A DNA stretch of 48,966 bases from Chromatiales bacterium (GTDB lineage Bacteria > Pseudomonadota > Gammaproteobacteria > Chromatiales > Chromatiaceae), in assembly GCA_024762485.1 (NCBI GenBank), contig JANTHH010000001.1, forward strand, positions 1-48,966. Reading direction: 5' to 3'. The notes below the pieces were generated by a model, which saw only the letters and a list, made by a program, of their open reading frames with translations, searched no databases and was not told the origin of the DNA. Each line of letters starts with the position of its first letter. Position 1 is the stretch's first letter. The position numbers and the translations under genes are program-made. This document shows, in pieces, positions 1 to 8,489 of the stretch.

Positions 1-186
1 GAACTGGGCCTGCCCACGGTTGCCATCGGCGGCATAAGCCCCGAGAATGGCCGCGCCCTGATCGACGCCGGTGCCGATATGCTGGCGGTCATCCGCGGCC
101 TGTTTGCCCAGCCGGACATCCATGCCGCGGCCCAGGCCTACGCCGCCCTGTTTGCCGAAGAAGACCACGAGGAACCCAAGCCATGA
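1..186 (+). CDS. thiE: Thiamine-phosphate synthase, C-terminal fragment (5' end outside the window)
   Basis: Frame 1 is open from base 1 to the TGA at 184-186. The translation ...[31 protein letters not shown]... resembles the ThiE C-terminus. Its stop overlaps the hemL ATG (ATGA), and thiE-hemL synteny is common in Gammaproteobacteria. Confidence 0.7.
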   Translation, partial: ELGLPTVAIGGISPENGRALIDAGADMLAVIRGLFAQPDIHAAAQAYAALFAEEDHEEPKP

Positions 187-1466
187 CCCGCTCCCACGAC
201 CTGTTCGAAAAAGCCCGGCGCCACATACCCGGCGGCGTGAATTCCCCGGTGCGGGCCTTCAAGGGCGTGGGTGGCGACCCGGTATTCATCGACCACGCCG
301 AGGGGGCCTACCTGTTCGACAGTGATGGCCAGCTGTACATCGACTATGTGGGATCCTGGGGGCCGATGATCCTCGGTCACACCCACCCCGAGGTGATCGC
401 CGCGGTAAAGGCCGCCGCCGACAAGGGCCTGTCCTTCGGCGCCCCCACCGAGGTGGAAATCCGCATGGCCGACCGGGTGTGCGACATCATGCCCGGCATG
501 GACATGGTACGCATGGTCTCATCAGGCACCGAGGCCACCATGAGCGCCATCCGCCTGGCGCGCGGCTATACCGGCCGCGACAAGATCGTCAAGTTCGAGG
601 GCTGCTACCACGGCCACGCCGACTCGCTGCTGGTGAAGGCCGGTTCCGGCATGCTGACCCTCGGCGAGCCGTCCTCGCCCGGCGTGCCCGCGTCGCTGGC
701 CGAGCATACCCTCACCCTGAACTACAATGACGCCGAGCAGGTGAAGGAGACCTTCGCCAGGCTCGGCGAACAGATCGCCTGCATCATCGTCGAGCCGGTG
801 GCCGGCAACATGAACTGCATCCCGCCCGTGCCCGGCTTCCTCGAGACCCTGCGCGCACAGTGCGACGAGCACGGCGCGGTGCTGATCTTCGACGAGGTGA
901 TGACCGGCTTCCGGGTCTCGCTCACCGGCGCCCAGGGCCACTATGGCATCCAGCCGGACCTGACCACCCTGGGCAAGGTCATCGGCGGCGGCATGCCGGT
1001 GGGTGCCTTCGGCGGCAAGGCCGAGATCATGCAGAAGATCGCCCCGCTCGGCCCCGTCTACCAGGCCGGCACCCTGTCCGGCAATCCGGTGGCCATGGCC
1101 GCGGGCCTGAAGACCCTGGAACTGATCTCCGCCCCCGGCTTCTACGCAGACCTGTCCAGCAAGGTCGACAGGCTGGTCGCTGGCGTCATGCAGGCCGCCG
1201 CCGATGCCGGCGTCCCCTTGGCGGAAAACCACGTCGGCGGCATGTTCGGCTTCTTCTTCACCGGGGCTGGACCAGTCACCGACTTCGCCGGTGCCACCGC
1301 CTGCGACCAGGAACAGTTCAGACACTTTTTCCACGGCATGCTGGACCGTGGCGTGTACCTGGCGCCTTCCGCCTTCGAGGCCGGCTTCGTCTCCGCGGCC
1401 CACAGCGGCAAGGACCTCGACGCCACCATCACCGCCGCCAGCGAGGTCTTCGCCGATCTAGGCTGA
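183..1466 (+). CDS. hemL: Glutamate-1-semialdehyde 2,1-aminomutase
   Basis: 427-aa ORF with the typical HemL N-terminus ([25 protein letters not shown]) and class-III aminotransferase body ([28 protein letters not shown]). Confidence 0.97.
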   Translation: MTRSHDLFEKARRHIPGGVNSPVRAFKGVGGDPVFIDHAEGAYLFDSDGQLYIDYVGSWGPMILGHTHPEVIAAVKAAADKGLSFGAPTEVEIRMADRVCDIMPGMDMVRMVSSGTEATMSAIRLARGYTGRDKIVKFEGCYHGHADSLLVKAGSGMLTLGEPSSPGVPASLAEHTLTLNYNDAEQVKETFARLGEQIACIIVEPVAGNMNCIPPVPGFLETLRAQCDEHGAVLIFDEVMTGFRVSLTGAQGHYGIQPDLTTLGKVIGGGMPVGAFGGKAEIMQKIAPLGPVYQAGTLSGNPVAMAAGLKTLELISAPGFYADLSSKVDRLVAGVMQAAADAGVPLAENHVGGMFGFFFTGAGPVTDFAGATACDQEQFRHFFHGMLDRGVYLAPSAFEAGFVSAAHSGKDLDATITAASEVFADLG

Positions 1467-3863
1467 TGTCTCCGGCGGCGCATCAAAGGCATACTCCTCC
1501 GCCCCGAGGGGCGGCTGTACGAAATAGCCCTGCACGAGGTCCACGCCACAGCGATACAGCTCGCTCAGGACCTCTGCCGTCTCCACGTAGCCGGCGACGA
1601 CCCGCGGCCCGGCCTTCTGGATGCGCGCCACCACCTCGCCCACATATTCGACCTGTGCCGCATCCTGCGCCAAGGCACGGGTCAGCGCCTGTGGCAGCTT
1701 GACCAGGGCCGGCCGCAGGGTGTGAATGATCTGGCTTCCCCGCTTGCTGGGGATCACGCCCTCCACCATCAACTGACAGCCCAGCGCGGTGAGTGGGCGA
1801 AGGCCTTCGGCCATCGCCTCCAACGGGACATCCTGTCCCGGTCTGTCGAAGGAGAGACCGATCAGGCTGGCCGGCAGGCCGTGCCTGTTCAACGCGGCAA
1901 CGAGCCAATCAGGGAATGCGGGATCCAGCAGACTCTGCTGCGAAATCTTCATGAACAGCTGGCCCTGCCATCCCTTGCCGACATGGGGTGCAGCCCACGC
2001 CAGCACGCCCTCGATGACATGCTGATCGAGGGTCTCGGCCAGGCCGGCGTAGGGCATGAGGCGCATGAAATCCGATGGCGGAGCACCCTCGCCGGGGACA
2101 TCCGCATCGCACAGGCGACTGCGCACTTCGATGCAGTCATTGGCCCCGCTGACCAGATCGACCATGGGCTGCATCAGCAGACGCAGACGCCGCCGCGTCT
2201 CGTCGAGGTCGGCCTTCAGTTGCGCCGCCCGGTTTTTATTCGTGGCCACCCACAGCCTGCGCGCGGCCTCCAGACCCTGGGCCACCACCCGCCCGCCACC
2301 GGCCTTCTGTGCCTTGCGGCAGGCCAGGCCGGCGCGCCGGATCTGTTCCACCACCGAAAGCTGAGGCTCGCACATCACCAGACCACCTGAATTGCCCGGC
2401 CAGTGATGATCTACCTTGCAGATATCCTGTGCCAGCAGGCGTGCCTGCCCGAACCCGAGGTGGCGCATCACCATGGCGACACCGTGGGCAAAGCGCAGCG
2501 GGTGGGCATCCGGATATCGCCTGGCCAGGTTCGACATCAGATGCTCAAGTGCCGATTCCAGGGCACTGAGATCCTCGCTGCTGGCAGGGATATCCGGTTC
2601 CAGGTAGAGCAGTGCGCCACCCTCTTCGGCCGTCGCCACCTCGAGCAGCTTAAGCAGGTTTTCGTTCGCCAGCAGGTCCATGTGATGAAAGACACCCGCA
2701 GCGGCCTCCCGGCGTGCCCGCGCACGCTGCAGGTGCAGACTGACGGCATCCACCAGCAGGGCCGGGGAGATCGGCTTCTGCAGGAAGTCATCGCCCCCGG
2801 ACTTCAATGCCGCAAACTGGCGCGCCGGGCTCTGCTCACGGGAGAGAAAGAGGACGGGGACATCGTCCCAGGCCGGGAACTGCCGGATCAATGCGGTCAG
2901 CTCCTGGCCATCCACCTCCGGCATGTAGAGATCCATGAGGATCAGGTCCGGCCGGTGACGCTGCAGCGACTGTTCGATGGCCTCCGGCTTCAGCAGCCCC
3001 TCGACGTCGAAACCGGCCTGCCTGAGCACCCCCTGCAGATAGGCCGACTGGTCCGCATCATCCTCAACCACCAGGATCCGGGCGCCGCCGGTCACCGGAT
3101 CGAGCAACAGCAGGAGACGCTCCAGCAGCAGGTGCATGTCCACGGGCTTGGTGAGGTAGGCATCACCGCCAGCGCGGATCGCCCGCAGACGACTCTGCAT
3201 GTCCCGCCGGGCGGAGAGGAAGATCACCGGCAAGGGCAGGCGATTGGCCCGGCGCATGGCGGCAATCGCATCGATGCCGCCAAACTCGCCCTCCGGCAGC
3301 ATGACGTCCATGATCACCGCTGCCGGATTCTCTGCCTCCACCGCCGCAGGCAGCAACGCTGCCGAATCCATCACCCGGACCCGGTAACCCGCCAACTTCA
3401 GTTGCGCTGTCAGGTAGTCGGCCATGTCGGCATCGTCATCTACCAGGTACAGCAGATGACCTCTCTGCTCCCCCGGCGCCGCTGGCCGGTTGGTGGCAGC
3501 ACCCACTGTCGTGGAAGGCTCGTGCAGCGGGTGGGTGACCGCGTCCTCCAGGCGGCCGAAGAGGATCCCCAGCCTGCCGACGATCTCCGGGTCGATCCCG
3601 CCGGACACCGGCATGAGCTCTGCCAGCGCCTGTTGCAATTGATCGGCAGCCGCACTGATCTCCAGGAAGCGGAAGCTGCCGCTGGCACCCACCAGACTGT
3701 GCAGGTGCCGCATCAATGCATCGAGGTCCCCGCTCTCGGCAACGCCTTCCGCCACCTGCCGCCAGCAACGGCGGATCTCATCGAGCCGTTGCGGCAGCCC
3801 GTCGATGAATCGCTGACGTACCGCCGCCAGCTTGCCGTTCCCGGGAATTCCCTGTTCCTGCAT
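1458..3863 (-). CDS. Multidomain signalling protein: Hpt - REC - REC - degenerate GGDEF-like - degenerate EAL-like
   Basis: 801 aa. The N-terminal Hpt has [10 protein letters not shown]. Two receivers carry intact Asp/Lys pockets (VIMDVMLP...YLTKP and LILMDLYMP...FLQKP). The GGDEF-shaped region has RFAHGVAMV where RxGGDEF is expected. The EAL-shaped C-terminus (QPMV..IEVRSRL...VAGYVET...QGYF) has the DDFGTG position reading VEGVIP. An RBS (GGAAGGA) lies 6 nt upstream of the ATG at 3863. Confidence 0.85.
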   Translation of the reverse strand: MQEQGIPGNGKLAAVRQRFIDGLPQRLDEIRRCWRQVAEGVAESGDLDALMRHLHSLVGASGSFRFLEISAAADQLQQALAELMPVSGGIDPEIVGRLGILFGRLEDAVTHPLHEPSTTVGAATNRPAAPGEQRGHLLYLVDDDADMADYLTAQLKLAGYRVRVMDSAALLPAAVEAENPAAVIMDVMLPEGEFGGIDAIAAMRRANRLPLPVIFLSARRDMQSRLRAIRAGGDAYLTKPVDMHLLLERLLLLLDPVTGGARILVVEDDADQSAYLQGVLRQAGFDVEGLLKPEAIEQSLQRHRPDLILMDLYMPEVDGQELTALIRQFPAWDDVPVLFLSREQSPARQFAALKSGGDDFLQKPISPALLVDAVSLHLQRARARREAAAGVFHHMDLLANENLLKLLEVATAEEGGALLYLEPDIPASSEDLSALESALEHLMSNLARRYPDAHPLRFAHGVAMVMRHLGFGQARLLAQDICKVDHHWPGNSGGLVMCEPQLSVVEQIRRAGLACRKAQKAGGGRVVAQGLEAARRLWVATNKNRAAQLKADLDETRRRLRLLMQPMVDLVSGANDCIEVRSRLCDADVPGEGAPPSDFMRLMPYAGLAETLDQHVIEGVLAWAAPHVGKGWQGQLFMKISQQSLLDPAFPDWLVAALNRHGLPASLIGLSFDRPGQDVPLEAMAEGLRPLTALGCQLMVEGVIPSKRGSQIIHTLRPALVKLPQALTRALAQDAAQVEYVGEVVARIQKAGPRVVAGYVETAEVLSELYRCGVDLVQGYFVQPPLGAEEYAFDAPPETSA

Positions 3864-3878
3864 CTCGTCCTTCCTGTC

Positions 3879-5408
3879 CTAGCCCAGTTCACTCAGGGTC
3901 TTGAGCAACACAGCGGGATCGATGGGCTTCGCCAGATAGGCATCGACGCCGACCGCAGCCGCCTGCGCCTGCTCGGCCTGCCCCGCCGCCGCAGACAGTA
4001 TGATCACCGGCCCCTCGTACCCCTCATCTCGGGCCGCCTGCACGACCTGCGGTCCCATCATGTCGGGCAGATGCAGATCCATGAGCAGCAGGTCCGGTTT
4101 CGAGGCGGTCAGGGCCGCCAGCGCCATCCCGCCATCCGCTGCAAAGGCGAGGTCGTAACCACTGTCTTCGAGATAAGCCCCGAGCAGTGCCCGGATATCG
4201 GGGTCATCCTCGACGATCAGCAGATGCCGCCTGCCGGTCGTCCGGGCCCGTGTGACCGGTATCCGATGGGACTCGGGGGCATCGATGTCGAAGACGAAGC
4301 GGCTGCCCTTGCCCGGTGTGCTCTCCAGCTGCATCCGCCCCCCCATGCGTTCAACCAGTGCCAGGGTGATGGCGAGACCCAGCCCGGCGCCATGCCTGCG
4401 AATGGCAGGCTGCCCGGCCTGTCTGAAAGGCTCGAAGATACGTCGTTGCTCCGCCACCGGGATCCCGCTGCCGGTATCGCTGACCGCGACGTTGAGCCGG
4501 GCGTCCTGCCAATCGAGTGTCACCCGGATCTCGCCCTGTTGCGTGAACTTGAATGCGTTGCCGGTGAGATTGACCAGGATCTGCCGCAGGCGCATGCCAT
4601 CGAGCAGCAGGCAGGCCGGCAGTCGGGGGCTGACCTCGACGGTGAAGCCGATACCCGATTGCCGGGCAGTCCGCTCGAACATCTGGCGAATGACCCCGGC
4701 GATCTCACGCACGTCGGTCTCTGTGGGATTCAGCTGGAGTTCATCGTTCTCCAGCTTCGCCTGGTCGAGCAGATTATCAACCAGGCTCAGCAGGTGGCGT
4801 GCCGCGCCTTCCATGGCGTCGAGATAGGCCGGCTTCATCTCGCCCTGATGGCGAAGATCGAGATATCCCAGGATGCTGGTGAGCGGCGTGCGGAATTCGT
4901 GGGACATGTTGCCGATGAACAGGCTCTTCAGTTGGCCGGCCTCCTCCAGCCTGCGATGACTCTCCTGCAGACGCACCTGGCTCTGTTCCAGTTCGGCCAG
5001 CAGTTTTTCCCGCTGCCGGTGCAGCAGCGCCAATTCATTGGCCGCCTGTTGCCGCTCCCGCCGCTGGGCCTGTTCATCCGAGGCATCGAGCAGCACGATG
5101 CCGAGTCCTGCAGACAGCGGCACCAGGTGGACATGGGCCGTGTGCGCCACCCCCGGACGGGTCTCCATGCTGAGGAACTCCAGCACCAGCGGCTCGACGA
5201 GTCCTGCAGCCGTGCCACTGAGCCAGGGCAGGACATTGTCGAGCCGTTCCCCCTCCACGAGGTCCGCCAGGCCGTAAAAGTCCAGGTCGCCGGAGGCGCC
5301 GGTGAGCCGCTCTTGCGCATCGGCCACCAGGCACAACGGGTGCACGCGGTGAAACAACTGGCGGTCCAGGTAGTGCTGCAGTTCCTGCGGCAGGCGGTGC
5401 TCTTTCAT
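3879..5408 (-). CDS. Soluble hybrid sensor histidine kinase (unassigned N-terminal domain - coiled coil - HisKA - HATPase_c - REC)
   Basis: I chose the ATG at 5406-5408 (MKEHRL...) rather than the 618-aa ORF-track start, because it overlaps the stop of the upstream GTPase gene as ATGA. H-box SHEFRTPL, N-box NLTGNAFKFT, G1 DTGSGI, G2 GAGLGLAI. The C-terminal receiver has LLLMDLHLP...YLAKP. No hydrophobic TM segment is present. Confidence 0.9.
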   Translation of the reverse strand: MKEHRLPQELQHYLDRQLFHRVHPLCLVADAQERLTGASGDLDFYGLADLVEGERLDNVLPWLSGTAAGLVEPLVLEFLSMETRPGVAHTAHVHLVPLSAGLGIVLLDASDEQAQRRERQQAANELALLHRQREKLLAELEQSQVRLQESHRRLEEAGQLKSLFIGNMSHEFRTPLTSILGYLDLRHQGEMKPAYLDAMEGAARHLLSLVDNLLDQAKLENDELQLNPTETDVREIAGVIRQMFERTARQSGIGFTVEVSPRLPACLLLDGMRLRQILVNLTGNAFKFTQQGEIRVTLDWQDARLNVAVSDTGSGIPVAEQRRIFEPFRQAGQPAIRRHGAGLGLAITLALVERMGGRMQLESTPGKGSRFVFDIDAPESHRIPVTRARTTGRRHLLIVEDDPDIRALLGAYLEDSGYDLAFAADGGMALAALTASKPDLLLMDLHLPDMMGPQVVQAARDEGYEGPVIILSAAAGQAEQAQAAAVGVDAYLAKPIDPAVLLKTLSELG

Positions 5409-5905
5409 CGTGCAGCAATCGCGTTCGCCAGCTGCTGAAATACCGCGCCGACGCCCTCGCCTGTCTTGGCGCTGCAACATTCCACGGGCCAGCCCGCAGC
5501 GATCCGTTGCGAGATATCGTCCGGCGTCACCTCCCACGCCGCCTTCAGGTCGGCCTTGTTGACTGCCGCCACAAAGGGGGTGTCGCCGAGCATCCCGCTG
5601 ACCTGTTCCTGCAGCCTGCAGGCGGTCTCCAGGGTGTCCCGACGGGTACCGTCGATGACCAGCAGGTAGCCCGCAGCGCCCCGTAGATAGGCGCTGCCCG
5701 TCGCATTCAGCACATCGGTCCCTGCCAGGTCCCACAACACCAGCTTCATCGCCATGCCCCCCTCCAGTTCCACCTGCCGTGTGTCGATCTTGACGCCGAC
5801 GGTGGTGAGATATCTGTCGGAGAAGGTGCTATGCACGTAACGCGCCACCATGCTGGTCTTGCCCACCGAAAAATCACCGACCATGCAGATCTTCGCCGCC
5901 TGCAT
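5405..5905 (-). CDS. Ras/Rap-like small GTPase (166 aa)
   Basis: Starts at ATG 5903-5905 (MQAAKICMVGDFSVGKT), 1 nt after the stop of the upstream gene. G1 GDFSVGKT, switch-I TTVGV, G3 WDLAGT, G4 NKAD and G5 SAK occur in canonical order and spacing. The longer ORF-track N-terminus overlaps the upstream gene and has a low-complexity R/P/C composition. Confidence 0.85.
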   Translation of the reverse strand: MQAAKICMVGDFSVGKTSMVARYVHSTFSDRYLTTVGVKIDTRQVELEGGMAMKLVLWDLAGTDVLNATGSAYLRGAAGYLLVIDGTRRDTLETACRLQEQVSGMLGDTPFVAAVNKADLKAAWEVTPDDISQRIAAGWPVECCSAKTGEGVGAVFQQLANAIAAR

Positions 5906-5906
5906 G

Positions 5907-7880
5907 TCAGCCCGACCCGCCCTGTGTGTCGCCCTCCGGCGAGAGGAAACGGATATGCACATCCGCCCGCCGGCTGGCCAGTTCGGGCACGCCACGGCCC
6001 CGCTTCGGCACCGCCGTTTCAATGAGGAACAGTGATGCCGGCAGCCCCTCGCCAACCAGCAGGTCAACCAGCCGCCGGGCCCGTGCCGCGGCGAGCTGGC
6101 GGTTGTACTGGGGCGTGCCAACAGCATCGGTACGGCCTGTGACCACCACCTTGAAGGGCCGCTGCAGCCGCTCCGCCAAGTGCTGGATCTCGCGCAGGCT
6201 GTCGGCCAGCGACGACATGCCCGCCAGCTGGCCGGGATCGGGATCAATGCCATTGGGGAAGCCGATACTCACCTTGTCGACCTCGGCCACCAGGGTGTCG
6301 AGCCGGCGGGATTCACGGACCACCAGCGCCTTGTCGTCGAGCCCGGCAAAGCCGGGCAACTGCTCCAGCGGAAGGATCGACAGGCGCTGCTTCCAGTCCA
6401 GCGGGGCGTCACCCTCGAGCATGATCCAGCCATCCTTCACGCGCAGAGTGACCCCTTCCGGAGGATCGATCATGGCCCTCGCCTGCTGCAGCAAATAGCT
6501 GTCGCGGTCGGTCAGCCGACTGTCATCGAAGGCGTTGATGCCGGGGATCGCCGGTGCCAGCAGCCGGGCACGCTCGATCCAGCGGGCATCCGGGACGCCT
6601 TCGGCCAGCAGTACGCCATCCGCGCCCAGTCTCAGATTGACCGTGGGCGGCGGCGCGAGGATACGCTGTGCCCGGCGCAGGGCGAACGGGGGCGAGAGAT
6701 CCTGGTAGGGCCGCCAGTTGAACGTCACCGCATCCGCCGCTAGGCCACTGCCAGCTACCAGCTCGTCGAGCGGTGGCGCGAGGGGGTCCCGCAGGCCCTC
6801 GATATGCAGCCGGCCATCCGTCCGGTCGACACGTGTCACCACCACGCCGGGACGGGACTCGAGCTGTTGCAACAGTGCCGCCTCCCGTCCCCGGCGTTCA
6901 CTGGCGGCACGCTGCTCGTCCCAGGCCTGGTAACCGAACCATGACAGCAGCAGCACGACAAACGCCAGCAGCCACCACAGAAAGGCGCGGCGCGGTCTCT
7001 TGTCCGTCTCACGCTCCTCCGACACCAGGCAGCGGCGCAGCTCCGGCTGCACCGCCAGCAGCGAATCGCTGTCGCCGTCGAAGGCCTTTATCGCAGCAGC
7101 AAATTTCTCGTGCACGTCCTCGAGGATGCCCATCAACCGCTGCCGCAGGTCGGGTGGCGGCATACCTCGGATGACGCAGGCCATCAGGGCGTAGGGTCCG
7201 TGCAACAGCAAGACGGTGTGCTCGCCCACGTCCACCGTATCCAGGGTGCCCTCGCCGCCCGCGACGAAGGCATCCTTGACGAAGTCCTCGATGGCAGTGA
7301 GCATCGCGGAGACCGCGTCCGCGTCCCGGTCCAGGGCCGTGGGGTCGGCCACATGCTGCATCAGCAGACCACTGCCGGGCTGGATCAGGAATACCTGTTC
7401 CACCCGGTAGATGAGGGTGTGGCGCAACACCACGGCAGAGAACGGCACGCCGGCACGCATGGCCTCGATGCGCCAGGCGATGCCTCGGGGTGAAAGGCTG
7501 TGCTCCAGTGCCTTGTTGAGTGCATCGACGATGCCGCGAAGTGATTCGGCGATGGCGCGCCGGATGGCGGGACCCATGACCGGGAACAGGGCATCGGCCA
7601 GGGAATGGGGGTCGGCCTGGACGGAGCGATGCAGACATTCGGCCACTGGCGCCTCGAGGGCGCTGATCAGGGCGTCGCCCTGCCGTAGTTGCAGCTGTAC
7701 CGCATCCGGCAGCACCTGCGATACGTCCTGGGCTCGCAGGGGCAGATCATCGATACGCTGACGCAGCTGCTCGAGGTCCTTCTGCTCGGGCTCGAACAAA
7801 AGGCGCTTCAGGGTATCGAGTGCGTCCGCGTCCGTGGTGGACGGCCGATCATCCCGGGGTTTCGGTCCCTGCTGATTCAC
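5907..7880 (-). CDS. Bitopic membrane protein: cytoplasmic Roadblock/LC7-like region - 1 TM - periplasmic BON-like repeats - OmpA_C-type peptidoglycan-binding domain
   Basis: 657 aa with a GTG start. It has a single hydrophobic helix (AFLWWLLAFVVLLLSWFGYQAW, aa ~299-320). The C-terminus (VVVTGRTDAVGTPQYNRQLAAARARRLVDLLV...RRADVHI) matches the OmpA/MotB peptidoglycan-binding signature (TD..G....N..LS..RA). The cytoplasmic aa ~155-260 has a Roadblock-like pattern (details in the findings). Confidence 0.8.
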   Translation of the reverse strand: MNQQGPKPRDDRPSTTDADALDTLKRLLFEPEQKDLEQLRQRIDDLPLRAQDVSQVLPDAVQLQLRQGDALISALEAPVAECLHRSVQADPHSLADALFPVMGPAIRRAIAESLRGIVDALNKALEHSLSPRGIAWRIEAMRAGVPFSAVVLRHTLIYRVEQVFLIQPGSGLLMQHVADPTALDRDADAVSAMLTAIEDFVKDAFVAGGEGTLDTVDVGEHTVLLLHGPYALMACVIRGMPPPDLRQRLMGILEDVHEKFAAAIKAFDGDSDSLLAVQPELRRCLVSEERETDKRPRRAFLWWLLAFVVLLLSWFGYQAWDEQRAASERRGREAALLQQLESRPGVVVTRVDRTDGRLHIEGLRDPLAPPLDELVAGSGLAADAVTFNWRPYQDLSPPFALRRAQRILAPPPTVNLRLGADGVLLAEGVPDARWIERARLLAPAIPGINAFDDSRLTDRDSYLLQQARAMIDPPEGVTLRVKDGWIMLEGDAPLDWKQRLSILPLEQLPGFAGLDDKALVVRESRRLDTLVAEVDKVSIGFPNGIDPDPGQLAGMSSLADSLREIQHLAERLQRPFKVVVTGRTDAVGTPQYNRQLAAARARRLVDLLVGEGLPASLFLIETAVPKRGRGVPELASRRADVHIRFLSPEGDTQGGSG

Positions 7881-7910
7881 CTGGATTCAATCCCTGTAGC
7901 ACAGGCCATT

Positions 7911-8489
7911 TCAGGATTTGTCCATGCCTTCCATGTCGAATGAGCCCTTGAGCCGCAGTGCCACCTCGCCAAGCATGTCGGCAAGACTCTCGCGGCTCAG
8001 TTTGTCGTCATGCAGTTGCTGCGTTTCCTTATCGAGGGAATCGAGCAGTTGCTCGCCCTGCTTGCGCATCGCGGCCTGCAGCACATCGACCTGGTCGTGC
8101 AGTTCCATGCGCAGGTCCGTGAGCTGTTTGCCGGCATCCTTGTGCACCTCGTCAAGGCGTTTCGCCAGTGAATCGTCCGCCTGCTTGAGCACATCCGAGA
8201 GGCTGCCCAGCGCCTGGGCCGCGGCCTTTTTTTCTGTCTCCAGTGCATTGCCGAGCCGTTCGACCTGGGTGTTCAGCAGATCTTCCAGCCGCTTGAAGCG
8301 TGCATCGAGATCATCCTGCAGCTGTACCCTGTCCCGCTCGAGACGCTCCTCCAGCCGCTGGAAGCGACGATCGAAGTCCCGCATCTGTCCACCGAACAGA
8401 ATTTCTCGAATCTGATCAACATTGTCAGACGTCGCTTCGGTGGCTGCCTCTACCCCCGCGACCTTCTTGGATGCCTTGTTGCCTGCCAT
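7911..8489 (-). CDS. Acidic coiled-coil protein, function unknown (first gene of the operon)
   Basis: 192 aa with an ATG preceded by AAGGAG. Long heptad-like E/R/L/Q/D-rich sequence with no TM or signal peptide. It lies 30 nt upstream of the next gene on the same strand. Confidence 0.6.
   Translation of the reverse strand: MAGNKASKKVAGVEAATEATSDNVDQIREILFGGQMRDFDRRFQRLEERLERDRVQLQDDLDARFKRLEDLLNTQVERLGNALETEKKAAAQALGSLSDVLKQADDSLAKRLDEVHKDAGKQLTDLRMELHDQVDVLQAAMRKQGEQLLDSLDKETQQLHDDKLSRESLADMLGEVALRLKGSFDMEGMDKS

Noticed and set aside
1458-1466. Convergent 3' overlaps: hemL with the EAL-like gene (9 nt), and the DedA-fusion gene with the hydrolase gene (14388-14401, 14 nt).
   Set aside because: Short convergent overlaps are common in compact GC-rich genomes. 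There is no associated structure or signal.
2403-5438. A 1011-aa plus-strand ORF, the longest ORF in the track.
   Set aside because: It is entirely antisense to two genes with unmistakable kinase, receiver and Hpt motifs. Its translation is R/G/H/Q/L-rich low-information sequence with no recognisable motif. This is the typical shadow ORF of GC-rich DNA. The same reasoning applies to 10574-12091(+), 17935-19899(+), 20792-22222(+), 36753-38183(+), 522-1403(-), 12159-13049(-) and 28166-29080(-).
5409-6253. N-terminal extensions suggested by the ORF track: HK from 5735, GTPase from 6253. Similar extensions appear for ggt, ccoN, ccoP, ftsY, both M16 genes, the LON-N protein, mscS and ccoI.
   Set aside because: The extensions overlap the 3' ends of upstream genes and are Arg/Pro/Cys-rich. 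They also precede internal starts that give canonical N-termini (signal peptides, G1 loop) together with RBSs or ATGA/GTGA stop-start overlaps.
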